DNA of 51,484 nt, from positions 1-51,484 of the IMG/VR virus record IMGVR_UViG_3300048558_000096; one strand, given 5' to 3'. The translations under genes and the position numbers were made by a program. Source of the stretch: a virus. Its lineage: Duplodnaviria > Caudoviricetes. The notes beneath the pieces were generated by a model. That model was not told the origin of the DNA, ran no database searches, and saw only the letters and a list, made by a program, of their open reading frames with translations. Within the stretch, counting starts at the first letter, position 1; the number at the start of each line of letters is the position of its first letter. Below are positions 8,552-17,810 of the stretch, piece after piece.

Positions 8552-8971
8552 ATGGTTACTGATGGACTGAAAGAGAGGATGAATCAGGCCGCCGTCGGCA
8601 TTCCGTTCGACGAAGCAGTCGCGCACTGGCGCGAACGCGCTGAGAGCGCGCCGACGCCGGAACTGCGCGCGCTGTTCAATAACTTTATTACGACACTGAA
8701 CCACATGCAGATTACCGGTGTGGCGCTGTGCCCGTGCTGCCTGAAGCCTATTGGCCAGCTTAACGGTGTGACTACAGTTGCCGCGCCAACAGCCGGCGTC
8801 TGCCGCGCTTGCGGTTGCACCAACAACGACTGCCGACAGTGCGTAGCAAAGACCGGATGGCCCTGCCATTGGGTCGAGCCTGACCTGTGCTCCGCCTGCG
8901 TCACGACGGCAATCACTTCCGACTACGACGCGATCTGCCAGCCTGACCGGAGGGAGCAATGCCAGCAGTAA
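8552..8971 (+). CDS. Cys-rich zinc-binding phage protein
   Basis: CPCC and CRACGC..C..C..CHWV..LCSAC; AGGAG RBS. Confidence 0.65.
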   Translation: MVTDGLKERMNQAAVGIPFDEAVAHWRERAESAPTPELRALFNNFITTLNHMQITGVALCPCCLKPIGQLNGVTTVAAPTAGVCRACGCTNNDCRQCVAKTGWPCHWVEPDLCSACVTTAITSDYDAICQPDRREQCQQ

Positions 8972-9543
8972 AAATCAGCGAGATGTCGCCGGAAGAGCTT
9001 CGCATCTGGCGTAGCGAAATCGGCAGGCGCGGCGGCAAGAAACGTGCACAGAGCTTCACGCGCGCGCACCAGAAAGCGGCGCGCAGAGCCGTCAGCAGCG
9101 CGTCTTGCGCGGCAAATGGAGCAAAGGGCGCACAGGCGACCACTGCCAGGTACGGATACGAAAGTCTCTTTCTGAACTGCCGCCGGAAGCGACTGCTCAA
9201 TCCTTCAATGCTGGAACTACAGATGATCGGACTGCTGAGCCGCTTCGAACTGAAACCACAGCGTGATTACGAACGCGAGCATAGGCTGGGCAGCACCTTC
9301 TACACCGTGGACTTCTATCTGCCGCGTTCGCGCAAGGCCATCGAAGTACATGGGAAAGTGCATAAGCTCTTCGACGCGGAGGTACGCGCCAAGCACGACG
9401 CTATCAAAGCCCAATGGCTGGCTGACAACGGTATCGGCCTGCTGGTCGTGCAATACACCGAGTTCGAAGACCTGGTCGCGCTGCACGCAAAGCTGAGCAG
9501 TTTCCTGTCGGGCGAACAGTCCAAGCCGGAAGCTACCTGGTGA
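8959..9543 (+). CDS. DUF559/Vsr-like endonuclease with KGG-like N-terminal repeats
   Basis: REHRLG..YTVDFY..AIEVHG..H..D..L..G; N-terminal IGRRGG and NGAKGA. Confidence 0.75.
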   Translation: MPAVKISEMSPEELRIWRSEIGRRGGKKRAQSFTRAHQKAARRAVSSASCAANGAKGAQATTARYGYESLFLNCRRKRLLNPSMLELQMIGLLSRFELKPQRDYEREHRLGSTFYTVDFYLPRSRKAIEVHGKVHKLFDAEVRAKHDAIKAQWLADNGIGLLVVQYTEFEDLVALHAKLSSFLSGEQSKPEATW

Positions 9544-9547
9544 TCTC

Positions 9548-9821
9548 GCTCTTGGGCTGGTCAATGCGGCTGTTGTGGCCGCGTCCCCAAGCGCACGGTC
9601 TCGCCTGAAGGCCGACCAGATAAGGGCGAGTCAGATTCAAGTTATGACGGCGGGGAATCCGACCCCGTAAGTGCGACCGCCCGCGTCGCCGCCGTCTCCA
9701 ATCTTGCTGACCGGGGTGGATCAGTGAGGGGCCGCCGGAACCTAATACCGGCCAACGGGTGAACCTCCTGTTTAACCGGTGCGGAAGGTAGCAGAGAAGA
9801 TTCCTTCCGCGCCGGATTTTT
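9548..9821 (+). ncRNA. Candidate structured RNA or attenuator ending in a terminator-like hairpin
   Basis: About 280 nt without a credible ORF, several stems; CCGGTGCGGAAGG/CCTTCCGCGCCGG (9776-9815) followed by ATTTTT. Confidence 0.45.
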
Positions 9822-9831
9822 AAGGTGCTCA

Positions 9832-10035
9832 ATGAGCGATTCATTTTTAGCATTCATTGTCACAGGCTTTATTACGGCCATCTTCCTGCTGGGCTTGGGC
9901 GCAGGCTACGCGCTCGCTCGTGCCTGGCAGGAGCGCCGCGCTGATCTACTGGCCGAGAAGTTCACTATCGTCGAATGGCAGGCACGAGAGGCCGTGCGGC
10001 AACTGCATCAGGCGCGCAGCGGGGAGAGAGCATGA
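9832..10035 (+). CDS. Small single-pass membrane protein
   Basis: Hydrophobic N-terminal helix; AAGG RBS. Confidence 0.6.
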   Translation: MSDSFLAFIVTGFITAIFLLGLGAGYALARAWQERRADLLAEKFTIVEWQAREAVRQLHQARSGERA

Positions 10036-10238
10036 ACAGAAGACTAATCACACACCGACCGCAAAACACCGCACGGCAGACCGAAGCACGCCTTCTGCTG
10101 CGCGCCAAATGGGAACGGCGTATGGCTGAACTGCGCAAGTGCGCCGACGTGAGTCGCGAGCAGGTAATGCAGGCTGCAACAGAAATGAACCTGCGCACAC
10201 GGGCGCTGGCGCTTGATTGTGACCAGATAGACCAATAG
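10032..10238 (+). CDS. Hypothetical protein
   Basis: ATGA overlap with the previous gene; GGAG RBS. Confidence 0.55.
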   Translation: MNRRLITHRPQNTARQTEARLLLRAKWERRMAELRKCADVSREQVMQAATEMNLRTRALALDCDQIDQ

Positions 10239-10251
10239 GAGAGAGCGAGAG

Positions 10252-11181
10252 ATGGAGCAACAGATTTACGATTTGATCCCGAAGGTAATGGCCGACGTTG
10301 GTGCCATCGAAAAGGCCCGACGCAACGATCAGCAAAAGTATTTTTTCCGCGGCATTGATGATGTCCTGGCGGCATTCCAACCAGTGCTGGCCAAGCATCG
10401 CGTGTTCTATATCCCTGAAGTACTGGGCACGCCAGTCATCACTGAGCGCACGACGAAGAGTGGCGGGACGCTGATCTACACATCGCTCCAGATCGCCTAT
10501 ACGTTTTATGCGCCCGACGGTTCAAGCGTGCGGTCGGTGGTCGTCGGCGAGGCAATGGACAGCGGCGACAAGTCCAGCAACAAGGCAATGAGTGCTGCCT
10601 TGAAATATTGCCTGCTACAAGTCTTCTGCGTGCCGACGGAAGAGAACGAAGACGCCGACGCGCAGAGCCACGAAGTAAGGCCAGCGGCAAAGCCGACCAC
10701 CGACCACCAACCGCCAACCACCAATCATCAACCACTAACCACCAACGGCAAGCCAAGGCACTCCGCTCCAGCAGCGACCAATGGAGTGGCCAGCGCTCCC
10801 AACGAAGAGCAACAAATCAATGCCGCCCTACTCGAGTACTGCCGCCAGCAGAAAGGCGACAAGAACGGCGCGCACGAAAGATTCTTTGAGGCCGTCTATG
10901 CCTCAAAGCCGCTGGCCGCACGCAAAGCTGAAGCCGTCAAGCTCAAGTTATTCAAGCTTCCACCAGTGCCAAGCAGTCCGGAGCGTGACGCGATGCTGGC
11001 CGACATCGAAGACCTCTTGATCACGCTGCGCGAAAACTTCGGACGCACCGACAACCAGATTTCCGCCGAGATCGCGCGCCAATGTGAAGGCGAATGCGAA
11101 TTCGAGAAGTTCGACGCTGAAACGCTGGCGAAGCTTAAAGACGGGCTTTCGCTGTGGATTACGAAAATTCGGAAAAGTTAG
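10252..11181 (+). CDS. ERF-superfamily ssDNA annealing protein
   Basis: KYFFRGIDDV..GEAMDSGDKSSNKAMSAALKY..VPT..DAD ERF signature. Confidence 0.88.
   Translation: MEQQIYDLIPKVMADVGAIEKARRNDQQKYFFRGIDDVLAAFQPVLAKHRVFYIPEVLGTPVITERTTKSGGTLIYTSLQIAYTFYAPDGSSVRSVVVGEAMDSGDKSSNKAMSAALKYCLLQVFCVPTEENEDADAQSHEVRPAAKPTTDHQPPTTNHQPLTTNGKPRHSAPAATNGVASAPNEEQQINAALLEYCRQQKGDKNGAHERFFEAVYASKPLAARKAEAVKLKLFKLPPVPSSPERDAMLADIEDLLITLRENFGRTDNQISAEIARQCEGECEFEKFDAETLAKLKDGLSLWITKIRKS
10694..10749 (+). repeat. Heptanucleotide tandem repeat (YRACCAC-like, about 8 copies) inside ERF
   Basis: cgaccac cgaccac caaccgc caaccac caatcat caaccac taaccac caacggc. Confidence 0.85.
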
Positions 11182-11239
11182 ACATCAACATGCCGCGCCA
11201 GGATAGACCCAGCGCGGTTTTCTTCGTGGAGGGGTACTT

Positions 11240-12721
11240 ATGTATACCGTCAAACTGACAGAAGAAGAAGTCGCCGACCGCGCGCAAGCCATGGCGCAGA
11301 CCGGCAAGAAGATTATCGAGCTTGAAGAGCGTGAGGAAGGCGTCAAAGCTGAATACAAGCGCACGATGGCCGACATTAAAGAGCAGCGGCTCGACCTGTC
11401 GCTCGACTTCAAAAAACTGATGCGCGCCGTCACGTTGGGCGTGGAAGAGCGCGATGGCCAGCGACCACTCTTCGATGACTACGTGAGGACCAAACGAGAA
11501 TACGACGACCTGAAAAATGCTTACGGATCAAAAGAGCCGGAAGGCGGCAACACCGAAGAGCGGCGGCCAATCGAGGGTTGCCCGGATCATCCCGGCCAGA
11601 TTGACACCAGTGGCGAGCAGCCGCGCTGCGGCGAGTGTGGCAAGTTTCTCGGCTATGTCGAAGTGCGGCCAGACACTGAACAGATCATTGAAGCGGAGGC
11701 GACCGAAGAAGAACGCGAGCGTTTGCATCGTGAAGCTGTCACCGCCTGGCGCGGAGAGCCGGTGCGGGCGATTGCTGGATCGGAAGACGAGTTACAGCAA
11801 GTCGACGGCCAGTCAACCTTGGAGCCACATGCGCAAGACGAAGAATGGGAGCAATTACTTGATGAAGCTGAGAAGGCGCTCGACGCCAATTCTCCGGTCA
11901 ATGAGCACGGCGTTTACGTAAAAGACAAAGCTGAGCGAACCTTTGTAAACGGTAAAAGTCACGCCAAGATTTTCGTGGCTTACGATCATCGGGACGGCTC
12001 GTACAGATCGGCCTATGAAATTCAGCTTGGCCAGTCATGTGCATCTTCGCCGATTTCAATTCATAGCCAGGCGCACGAAACAGAAGCGGCAGCAATCGAA
12101 GAGCAGCGCGCGTTTATTATCGAGCACCTGGTACGCGATGCGGCGCGCTCAGATACCCCGGACAAGGCAAAGCGCGAGGCCGGAAAGCTCATCAAGCAAA
12201 TCGAAGAGGATCGAGCAAAGGCTCCGACGCTGCCAATGGCTGAAGCCGACAAACAGCAGGTTACCTGCGCCTTCTGTGGCTGGTCTGGCGATTCGCCGGT
12301 AAAGAAGCTTCTCAAAGTGGAGGGCCGAGATTATCCAATTGAATGTCGGGCTTGCGGCGCAATTGGATTGCGACCAGTAATCCAAGCCGAGGAAGCGGCG
12401 AAACCCGATTGGCAGACCCGCTCGCTGGATTACGACGACTACCTTGCGTACGCGCTCTCCACGGGCATCAGGAACCCCGCTAGTAATGCGCAGAAGTGGA
12501 ACCTGCACAGTGAACACGAGGCCGACGTGCGCCAGCTCTTGCGACAGCAGGCAGAGGCAAAGCAGGCCGATGACTTCACTGCTGACAAGTGCGTCGAATG
12601 CGGCGCGATTGATGGCGCACACGCGATTGACTGCACGTTTCATCCAGATTTTTGCTTAAACATCACGCCGAAGAAATCCCGCAAGGGTAACTCCCACGCA
12701 CAAGCAAGGAGCAACGCATGA
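11240..12721 (+). CDS. Multidomain hypothetical protein with coiled coil and zinc ribbons
   Basis: CPDH/CGEC, CAFC/CRAC, CVEC..H..C; GGAGG RBS. Confidence 0.7.
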   Translation: MYTVKLTEEEVADRAQAMAQTGKKIIELEEREEGVKAEYKRTMADIKEQRLDLSLDFKKLMRAVTLGVEERDGQRPLFDDYVRTKREYDDLKNAYGSKEPEGGNTEERRPIEGCPDHPGQIDTSGEQPRCGECGKFLGYVEVRPDTEQIIEAEATEEERERLHREAVTAWRGEPVRAIAGSEDELQQVDGQSTLEPHAQDEEWEQLLDEAEKALDANSPVNEHGVYVKDKAERTFVNGKSHAKIFVAYDHRDGSYRSAYEIQLGQSCASSPISIHSQAHETEAAAIEEQRAFIIEHLVRDAARSDTPDKAKREAGKLIKQIEEDRAKAPTLPMAEADKQQVTCAFCGWSGDSPVKKLLKVEGRDYPIECRACGAIGLRPVIQAEEAAKPDWQTRSLDYDDYLAYALSTGIRNPASNAQKWNLHSEHEADVRQLLRQQAEAKQADDFTADKCVECGAIDGAHAIDCTFHPDFCLNITPKKSRKGNSHAQARSNA

Positions 12722-13125
12722 CATCAATCGCAACCATCGCCGAAGAATCTCTTATCCTGCCCATTCCGCCAGAAAGCGCTATCTCTTTCGATCCGCCCGA
12801 CGACGGTCTGACCGCAGCACAACGCCGCCTGGTCGAACTCGATCTGCACAAGCCGACGATCACGGCTTATTACGATGAACTGGAAAAGGTCACGGCGGCA
12901 GTCGCGGCAGAGGTCGGCATCAATGGCTATTTCGCCGCGTCCGATGGCACGGTCTACAAGATCGTCCAGCCATCCGGAGCTTATATCACCTATAAGTTAC
13001 TCAATTTCGAACGCACCAAGCGCCCAGGCGAAGCGCGCGGGACGCTCTCGATGAAAGAGGCCGCCGACGCACGGGCGAACGGCTTTAAGCCGCTGCCAGC
13101 GGAGGGGCGCAATGAAGGCCGATAG
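12718..13125 (+). CDS. Hypothetical phage protein
   Basis: ATGA coupling; AGGAG RBS. Confidence 0.65.
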   Translation: MTSIATIAEESLILPIPPESAISFDPPDDGLTAAQRRLVELDLHKPTITAYYDELEKVTAAVAAEVGINGYFAASDGTVYKIVQPSGAYITYKLLNFERTKRPGEARGTLSMKEAADARANGFKPLPAEGRNEGR

Positions 13126-13759
13126 CGTCGGGAAGCTGCCCGCAGAACACAAGTGCAATACCTGCGGGCACGCTAAGCCCCTGGCCGAGATGGTCGTCGT
13201 CCACCTGCGGCGCGAGAAGCTCTATTACCTGCGCCCGCGCTGCAAGGATTGTCACAACAAACGTGAGCGTGGCCACCGGCGGGAGTGGAAGAAGCAATAC
13301 CTTCAGAAATGGAGGAAGAAGAACGCCAAGCTCAACAAGACTTACTGGTCGAACGATCAAGTAAGAGAGCGAACCCGGATCAACGCCTACAAACGCTTCA
13401 ACGAGAAACATGACGCAATACTCATCCAGGGCAGAATGCGCCGCCACGGCTTCCCGGTCAGCATCCAGGAGGCCGAGGAATTGCTGAAGAAGTTCGGGCG
13501 ATGTTATCCAACACGGTTCGGCCTGACGCCAAAGGGATTGAAAGAGTGTGAGCGAATTCGCGCCGGCATTCGTCGTGCGAGAGGCAAGCAAACTGTTACC
13601 TCGTTCGAGATTCGGCTGATGGTCTACGACGATGACAAGTCGAACTACATCAAGCCGCGCCTTCAGAAGATGCCGTACCAGAACGCGGCGGCAAAATTAA
13701 GCAAATGGCATCGGGAGAATAAATGGAAAACCAAGACAAGTTTGAGCAGTGGGCAATAG
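13112..13759 (+). CDS. Basic zinc-finger protein
   Basis: CNTC..KP....CKDC followed by Arg/Lys-rich helices, like the N-termini of endonuclease VII/HNH proteins. Confidence 0.65.
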   Translation: MKADSVGKLPAEHKCNTCGHAKPLAEMVVVHLRREKLYYLRPRCKDCHNKRERGHRREWKKQYLQKWRKKNAKLNKTYWSNDQVRERTRINAYKRFNEKHDAILIQGRMRRHGFPVSIQEAEELLKKFGRCYPTRFGLTPKGLKECERIRAGIRRARGKQTVTSFEIRLMVYDDDKSNYIKPRLQKMPYQNAAAKLSKWHRENKWKTKTSLSSGQ

Positions 13760-14079
13760 TCGAGCTGATGGGTCACGTGAAGATTGCCGGCCGCGTAACC
13801 GAGGAAGAGCGCTTCGGCGCGAAGTTGGGCCGCGTGGACATTCCGAACGGCGACACCTTCGTCACGCAATACTTCAACGGCTCTTCATTGTACCGACTGA
13901 CGCCGACAACTGAAGAGATCGCGCGCTCAGTCGCCAAGAGTAATCAGCCATCACCTGTCTACCGCTGGGAACTGCCAGAGTCGAAGCAGATCGGAGCTGG
14001 CGAGCCTATCGTCGAGGTCGAGTATCCGAATGACGATGATGAAGATGAAGACTCGGACGATGAAGAGCGTCCGTTCTGA
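13723..14079 (+). CDS. Conserved phage hypothetical protein
   Basis: WAIVELMGH..AGRV..RVDIP..SLYRLTP with an acidic tail ending in PF. Confidence 0.7.
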   Translation: MENQDKFEQWAIVELMGHVKIAGRVTEEERFGAKLGRVDIPNGDTFVTQYFNGSSLYRLTPTTEEIARSVAKSNQPSPVYRWELPESKQIGAGEPIVEVEYPNDDDEDEDSDDEERPF

Positions 14080-14104
14080 AATCCGGGAGTGATTAGATCG
14101 CCTA

Positions 14105-14175
14105 TGCAGGCGGGTGGCTGGTGCCACAGTGAGGCTCATAATCTCGCACTCCCGGTTCGATTCCGGCGTCTGCAA
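14105..14175 (+). tRNA. Atypical tRNA with CAT anticodon (Met/Ile2-like), no encoded CCA
   Basis: Acceptor TGCAGGC/GTCTGCA, D-arm GTGGC-TGGT-GCCAC, anticodon arm GTGAGG-CTCATAA-TCTCGC, T-arm CCGG-TTCGATT-CCGG. Confidence 0.7.
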
Positions 14176-14308
14176 TTACCTCATATTGCCAAGCGACGGC
14201 GACGGCTGTCAGCAGGCACTACAGCGCGCGTTGATTAAATCCTCCGGCGCGCGCTGTCTTTCCCTAACGGAGCCGAATGCACCGGCGGTATCGGTGCGGT
14301 GAAGGCAA

Positions 14309-15088
14309 ATGGGTAAATTACCCGCCTTCCAGTTCTACACCGGAGATTGGCTGAAGGATCCTGCGCTCTCGATGTGCAGCCCGGCCACACGGGGCATTTG
14401 GATTGATTTCCTTTGCGCCGCTCACGAATCCGCTCGCAGTGGTCAAATCACAGGTACGCCCGACCAGTTCGCCCGTGTCTGTCGTTGCACTGCCGCCGAA
14501 TTCGTCGCCGCCGTAAACGAACTCCAAACCACCGGGGCCGCCCTCATACGCGAACGCGACGGGATGTACACGCTGACCAACCGGCGAATGAAACGGGAGG
14601 CCGACGAACGCGAAGGTGCGCGCCTTCGCAAGCAACGTGAGCGCGGCGGAACTGCTAACAGTCACGCCGATGTCACGGACAGGCAACGTCTGCCAATTGA
14701 ACCAGATAGCGGCGTCAATGCCGCTTCGTCACAAGAAAGTCACGCTAATGTCACGCCCTATTCTTCATCTTCATCTTCATCTTCATCTTCGGATGAGCGC
14801 GACGCGCGCGCGACAGATGTTTTGATGGTCTATGGGCAGTACTTTGACCAATCGTTGTCCATCTACCAGCAAGAGCAATTGACGGTAATTGCAGACCTCG
14901 AAGTCTGGCGCGCGACTCTGGTGGAATGGAAAACCAACGGCTATTCGAAGCGAAACATCGCCGGGATGATTCGGATGTACAAAGAACTTCTGGTCAAGCC
15001 GGCTGCCAAAGGAGCACGCAATGGAGCAACAAGACTCAGCGCTGGTGCTACTGCCCTTATCGAATATCTCGGCTCCGACGAAGAGTAA
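14309..15088 (+). CDS. Phage replication initiator (YdaU/DUF1376-like N-terminus)
   Basis: LPAFQFYTGDWL..S..TRGIWIDFLC, NRRM helix, poly-Ser linker, small C-terminal domain. Confidence 0.8.
   Translation: MGKLPAFQFYTGDWLKDPALSMCSPATRGIWIDFLCAAHESARSGQITGTPDQFARVCRCTAAEFVAAVNELQTTGAALIRERDGMYTLTNRRMKREADEREGARLRKQRERGGTANSHADVTDRQRLPIEPDSGVNAASSQESHANVTPYSSSSSSSSSSDERDARATDVLMVYGQYFDQSLSIYQQEQLTVIADLEVWRATLVEWKTNGYSKRNIAGMIRMYKELLVKPAAKGARNGATRLSAGATALIEYLGSDEE
14661..14790 (+). repeat. Putative replication origin: GTCAC iterons plus TCTTCA repeat
   Basis: GTCAC at 14661, 14672, 14728, 14739, 14750 (11-bp periodicity), then (TCTTCA)x4-5. Confidence 0.65.
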
Positions 15089-15620
15089 GCGCGGCGCACC
15101 GACGAACTTCGAGCGCAAGATCGCATCCCTGCTTTCGCAGGCGCGATTAATGCGAGGCCTGCCGCTGCTCGCCGGCGGTGATTTGGCGCTCGCGGTCTCT
15201 TCCTGGTCGCGCGCGTTGAAGGATGTGCCGCTGGAAGACCTGGACGCGTCGTTTGATCGCGCCGTTGAAGATACTCCCACGTCGGAGCCATTCGGCGCGC
15301 CGCACATCAAGGCCGCTCACGCTGTTCTGCTTCAGGATCGAGCACGCGAGCGCGCCAATGCACGTTGGCGCAATCCAGGCACGTTTCGTTGCTGGCTATG
15401 CTCGGACGAAGGGTGGCAATCGGTGCTGATCTATTGCCCGGCCTGGCAGGATTGGATTGGCAAACTCAGGCCGTGCAGGTGTGAGGCTCAGTCGCTGATG
15501 ACGCGGCTGCCGGCGCTTGAACCGCCGGCTTGGGCGCGAAATGAAAAGGGTATTTGGGAGCCGGTTGGTCACACGGGATTGCGGTGCGGCTGTCTGGCGT
15601 GCCTGCGAAAGAGAGATTGA
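15021..15620 (+). CDS. Replication-associated protein (helicase-loader position) with zinc motif
   Basis: Follows the initiator; CWLCSDEGW..PCRC, CGCLAC. Confidence 0.55.
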   Translation: MEQQDSALVLLPLSNISAPTKSKRGAPTNFERKIASLLSQARLMRGLPLLAGGDLALAVSSWSRALKDVPLEDLDASFDRAVEDTPTSEPFGAPHIKAAHAVLLQDRARERANARWRNPGTFRCWLCSDEGWQSVLIYCPAWQDWIGKLRPCRCEAQSLMTRLPALEPPAWARNEKGIWEPVGHTGLRCGCLACLRKRD

Positions 15621-15650
15621 GATGGCGGTTGAAAAAAAAAGGGGGGGGCG

Positions 15651-17771
15651 ATGTGGCGCATTCAAGTGAAGCGCCGACACTTTGGCTTTCAGACTGGCAC
15701 GTCGGTGCTGGCCGTCAAGGAATACCGCACGCGGCGCATGCCTGCGAAGCCCCTGACATTCGCGGTCGTCGCTCCTGACAAGTTCTCGCGGCGATGGCTG
15801 CGGGCAGAATTACTACGTAGATTTGAGATGGAGAGCATTATGAAAAACGCAATACAGAAACAGGTCGCTGTACCGAAAGAGTTGCCGCCGGGCTGGCAGT
15901 TTGATAGCAGTCAGACAGAATACTACCGCGCTCTAAAGCCTGCGGCAGGCATTCAGACGCTGAGCTTTCCGACGAAGCAGGAAGCCATTCTGGCAGCTCA
16001 TAGTTTCGATGCAGCCAACAGTGATGGCCTGCTGGGGCTGGCAGGTAAAACTATCCGAGCGAATGGCGCGGCCACGGCATTGCCCGTTTCAGCGCCCGCG
16101 ACTTTTGAAGTGCATATGCTTGCATTGGACAGTATCCAGCGGTCGCCGACGAACCCGCGAAAGGTCTTCGACGAATCGAAGCTTCAGGAGCTGGCCGAAT
16201 CAATCAAGCTTCAGGGCGTCGTGCAGCCGATCCTGGTGCGACGGGTGACAGTAATACCGAACGGCACGATTCATCTGAAGAATCGGTTTGAACTCGTCGC
16301 CGGCGAACGCCGCTGGCGCGCATCCCAGATCGCCGGCATTGCCACGATCCCCGCCATCGTGCGCGATCTCGACGACAAGGCGACGCTCGAAATTCAGGTC
16401 ATCGAAAACCTTCAGCGCGCCGACCTTTCGCCGCTGGAAGAATCAGCCGGCTACGACGCACTGATCAAAGAGCACGGTTACACGGCCGACACACTGGCCG
16501 CGAAGATCGGCAAATCAAAGAGCTACGTTTACGCCAGGCTGAAGATCAACAACATTCCGGAGATGTGCCGCGCTGCGCTCGAGCGCGGGGACATTTCGCC
16601 GTCGGTTGCTGAGCTGATCGGACGTATCCCGAACGCTGAAATGCGTAAGGCATTCTGGGATGATGTCGAGGAAGATCGCTACGAGAATGATCCCTATCCT
16701 AGCTTTCGCGATATGAAGGACGACATTGAGATTCGTTGCATGCGCGAGCTGAAGGGCGCGCCGTTCGATCAAAACGACAAGAAGCTTTTGCCGGAGGCGG
16801 GAAGCTGCAAGGCTTGTCCGAAGCGCACCGGTAATAATCGGGATCTGTATCCGGACGGACGTGCGGACGTCTGTACCGATCCCAAATGCTTCGAAGCTAA
16901 AATCACCGCCCGTAACAAGCGTTTAATTTCAGAGCTTTCAGCCGACGGCGTGAAGGTGGCCACTCCGAAACAATCGAAGAAGCTGATTGGTTACGGTGGC
17001 AATCTGAGCTACGACGCTGGAAGGGAATGGGTCACCTTGGATTCGATCTGTCATTCCGACATTGGCCCGGTTGCCGATGACGTTGCCGACATTGACGACG
17101 ACTGGGAGCCGCGCACGTATGCCGAACTGCTTGGTGATTCCGTGAAGCCCGAACTGCTCGTGCCGACGGATGCCGGCATACAACGCCTGGTCTCGCGCGA
17201 GAAGGCGGCGGAGATTCTTCGCGAGCAGCACAGTATTGAGCTTGATCGAAGAGGCTCCCACGAACCAAGCGACGATCGGAAAAAGCGAGAGGCGGAGCGG
17301 AAAGCTCAAGAGAAAATTCGCACCGAGACGCTGCGCCAGGCTCAGGCTAAGGTGGCCGAAGATTTCGCCGACGATTTCTTCAACCGGCACGGCAATCACG
17401 ATTCTCTGCTCCGTGTGATTGCGAAAGCGGTTGCCGTCCAGAATTTCAACGCGGGCACGAATGCTTTGAAGCGCCGCGGGATAACCGTCAAGCCGGGAGA
17501 GCGTGACGAGCGACTCTCCGAATATGTGAACAAGCTGGATGCAGCGGATTGCGTTGGTCTGATAGCAGAGATTTTTCTGAACGCGCAACTGAGCGGCTGG
17601 GCAATGTGGGGCCACGACAAAACGGAGAGCGAGATTCTCGGTTATGCCGACGTTGACCTGAAGGAAATCGAAAAGGCCGTAGCCCGCGAACAGAAAGAGA
17701 CCGCGAAGGCCAAAGCAAAGCCGAAACCAAATTCCGCATCTAAGCGAGCCAAATCCGCACCTGCGCTCTAG
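15651..17771 (+). CDS. Large ParB/Spo0J-like protein
   Basis: NPRKVFDESKLQELAESIK..GVVQPILVR..LVAGERRWRA..IENLQR; HTH; C-terminal CKAC/CTDPKC; true start may be ATG 15840. Confidence 0.88.
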   Translation: MWRIQVKRRHFGFQTGTSVLAVKEYRTRRMPAKPLTFAVVAPDKFSRRWLRAELLRRFEMESIMKNAIQKQVAVPKELPPGWQFDSSQTEYYRALKPAAGIQTLSFPTKQEAILAAHSFDAANSDGLLGLAGKTIRANGAATALPVSAPATFEVHMLALDSIQRSPTNPRKVFDESKLQELAESIKLQGVVQPILVRRVTVIPNGTIHLKNRFELVAGERRWRASQIAGIATIPAIVRDLDDKATLEIQVIENLQRADLSPLEESAGYDALIKEHGYTADTLAAKIGKSKSYVYARLKINNIPEMCRAALERGDISPSVAELIGRIPNAEMRKAFWDDVEEDRYENDPYPSFRDMKDDIEIRCMRELKGAPFDQNDKKLLPEAGSCKACPKRTGNNRDLYPDGRADVCTDPKCFEAKITARNKRLISELSADGVKVATPKQSKKLIGYGGNLSYDAGREWVTLDSICHSDIGPVADDVADIDDDWEPRTYAELLGDSVKPELLVPTDAGIQRLVSREKAAEILREQHSIELDRRGSHEPSDDRKKREAERKAQEKIRTETLRQAQAKVAEDFADDFFNRHGNHDSLLRVIAKAVAVQNFNAGTNALKRRGITVKPGERDERLSEYVNKLDAADCVGLIAEIFLNAQLSGWAMWGHDKTESEILGYADVDLKEIEKAVAREQKETAKAKAKPKPNSASKRAKSAPAL

Positions 17772-17805
17772 CGCTGCTCTAGAGCGGCACTAGAAAAACT
17801 AGAGC
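17768..17805. repeat. Four phased CTAG motifs upstream of an HTH gene
   Basis: CTAG at 17768, 17779, 17790, 17799; palindrome GCTCTAGAGC at 17776-17785. Confidence 0.6.
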
Positions 17806-17810
17806 TTTTT

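Noticed and set aside
14762-14790. TCTTCA repeat as a phase-variation tract
   Set aside because: The hexamer keeps the frame; poly-Ser linkers are usual in this initiator family
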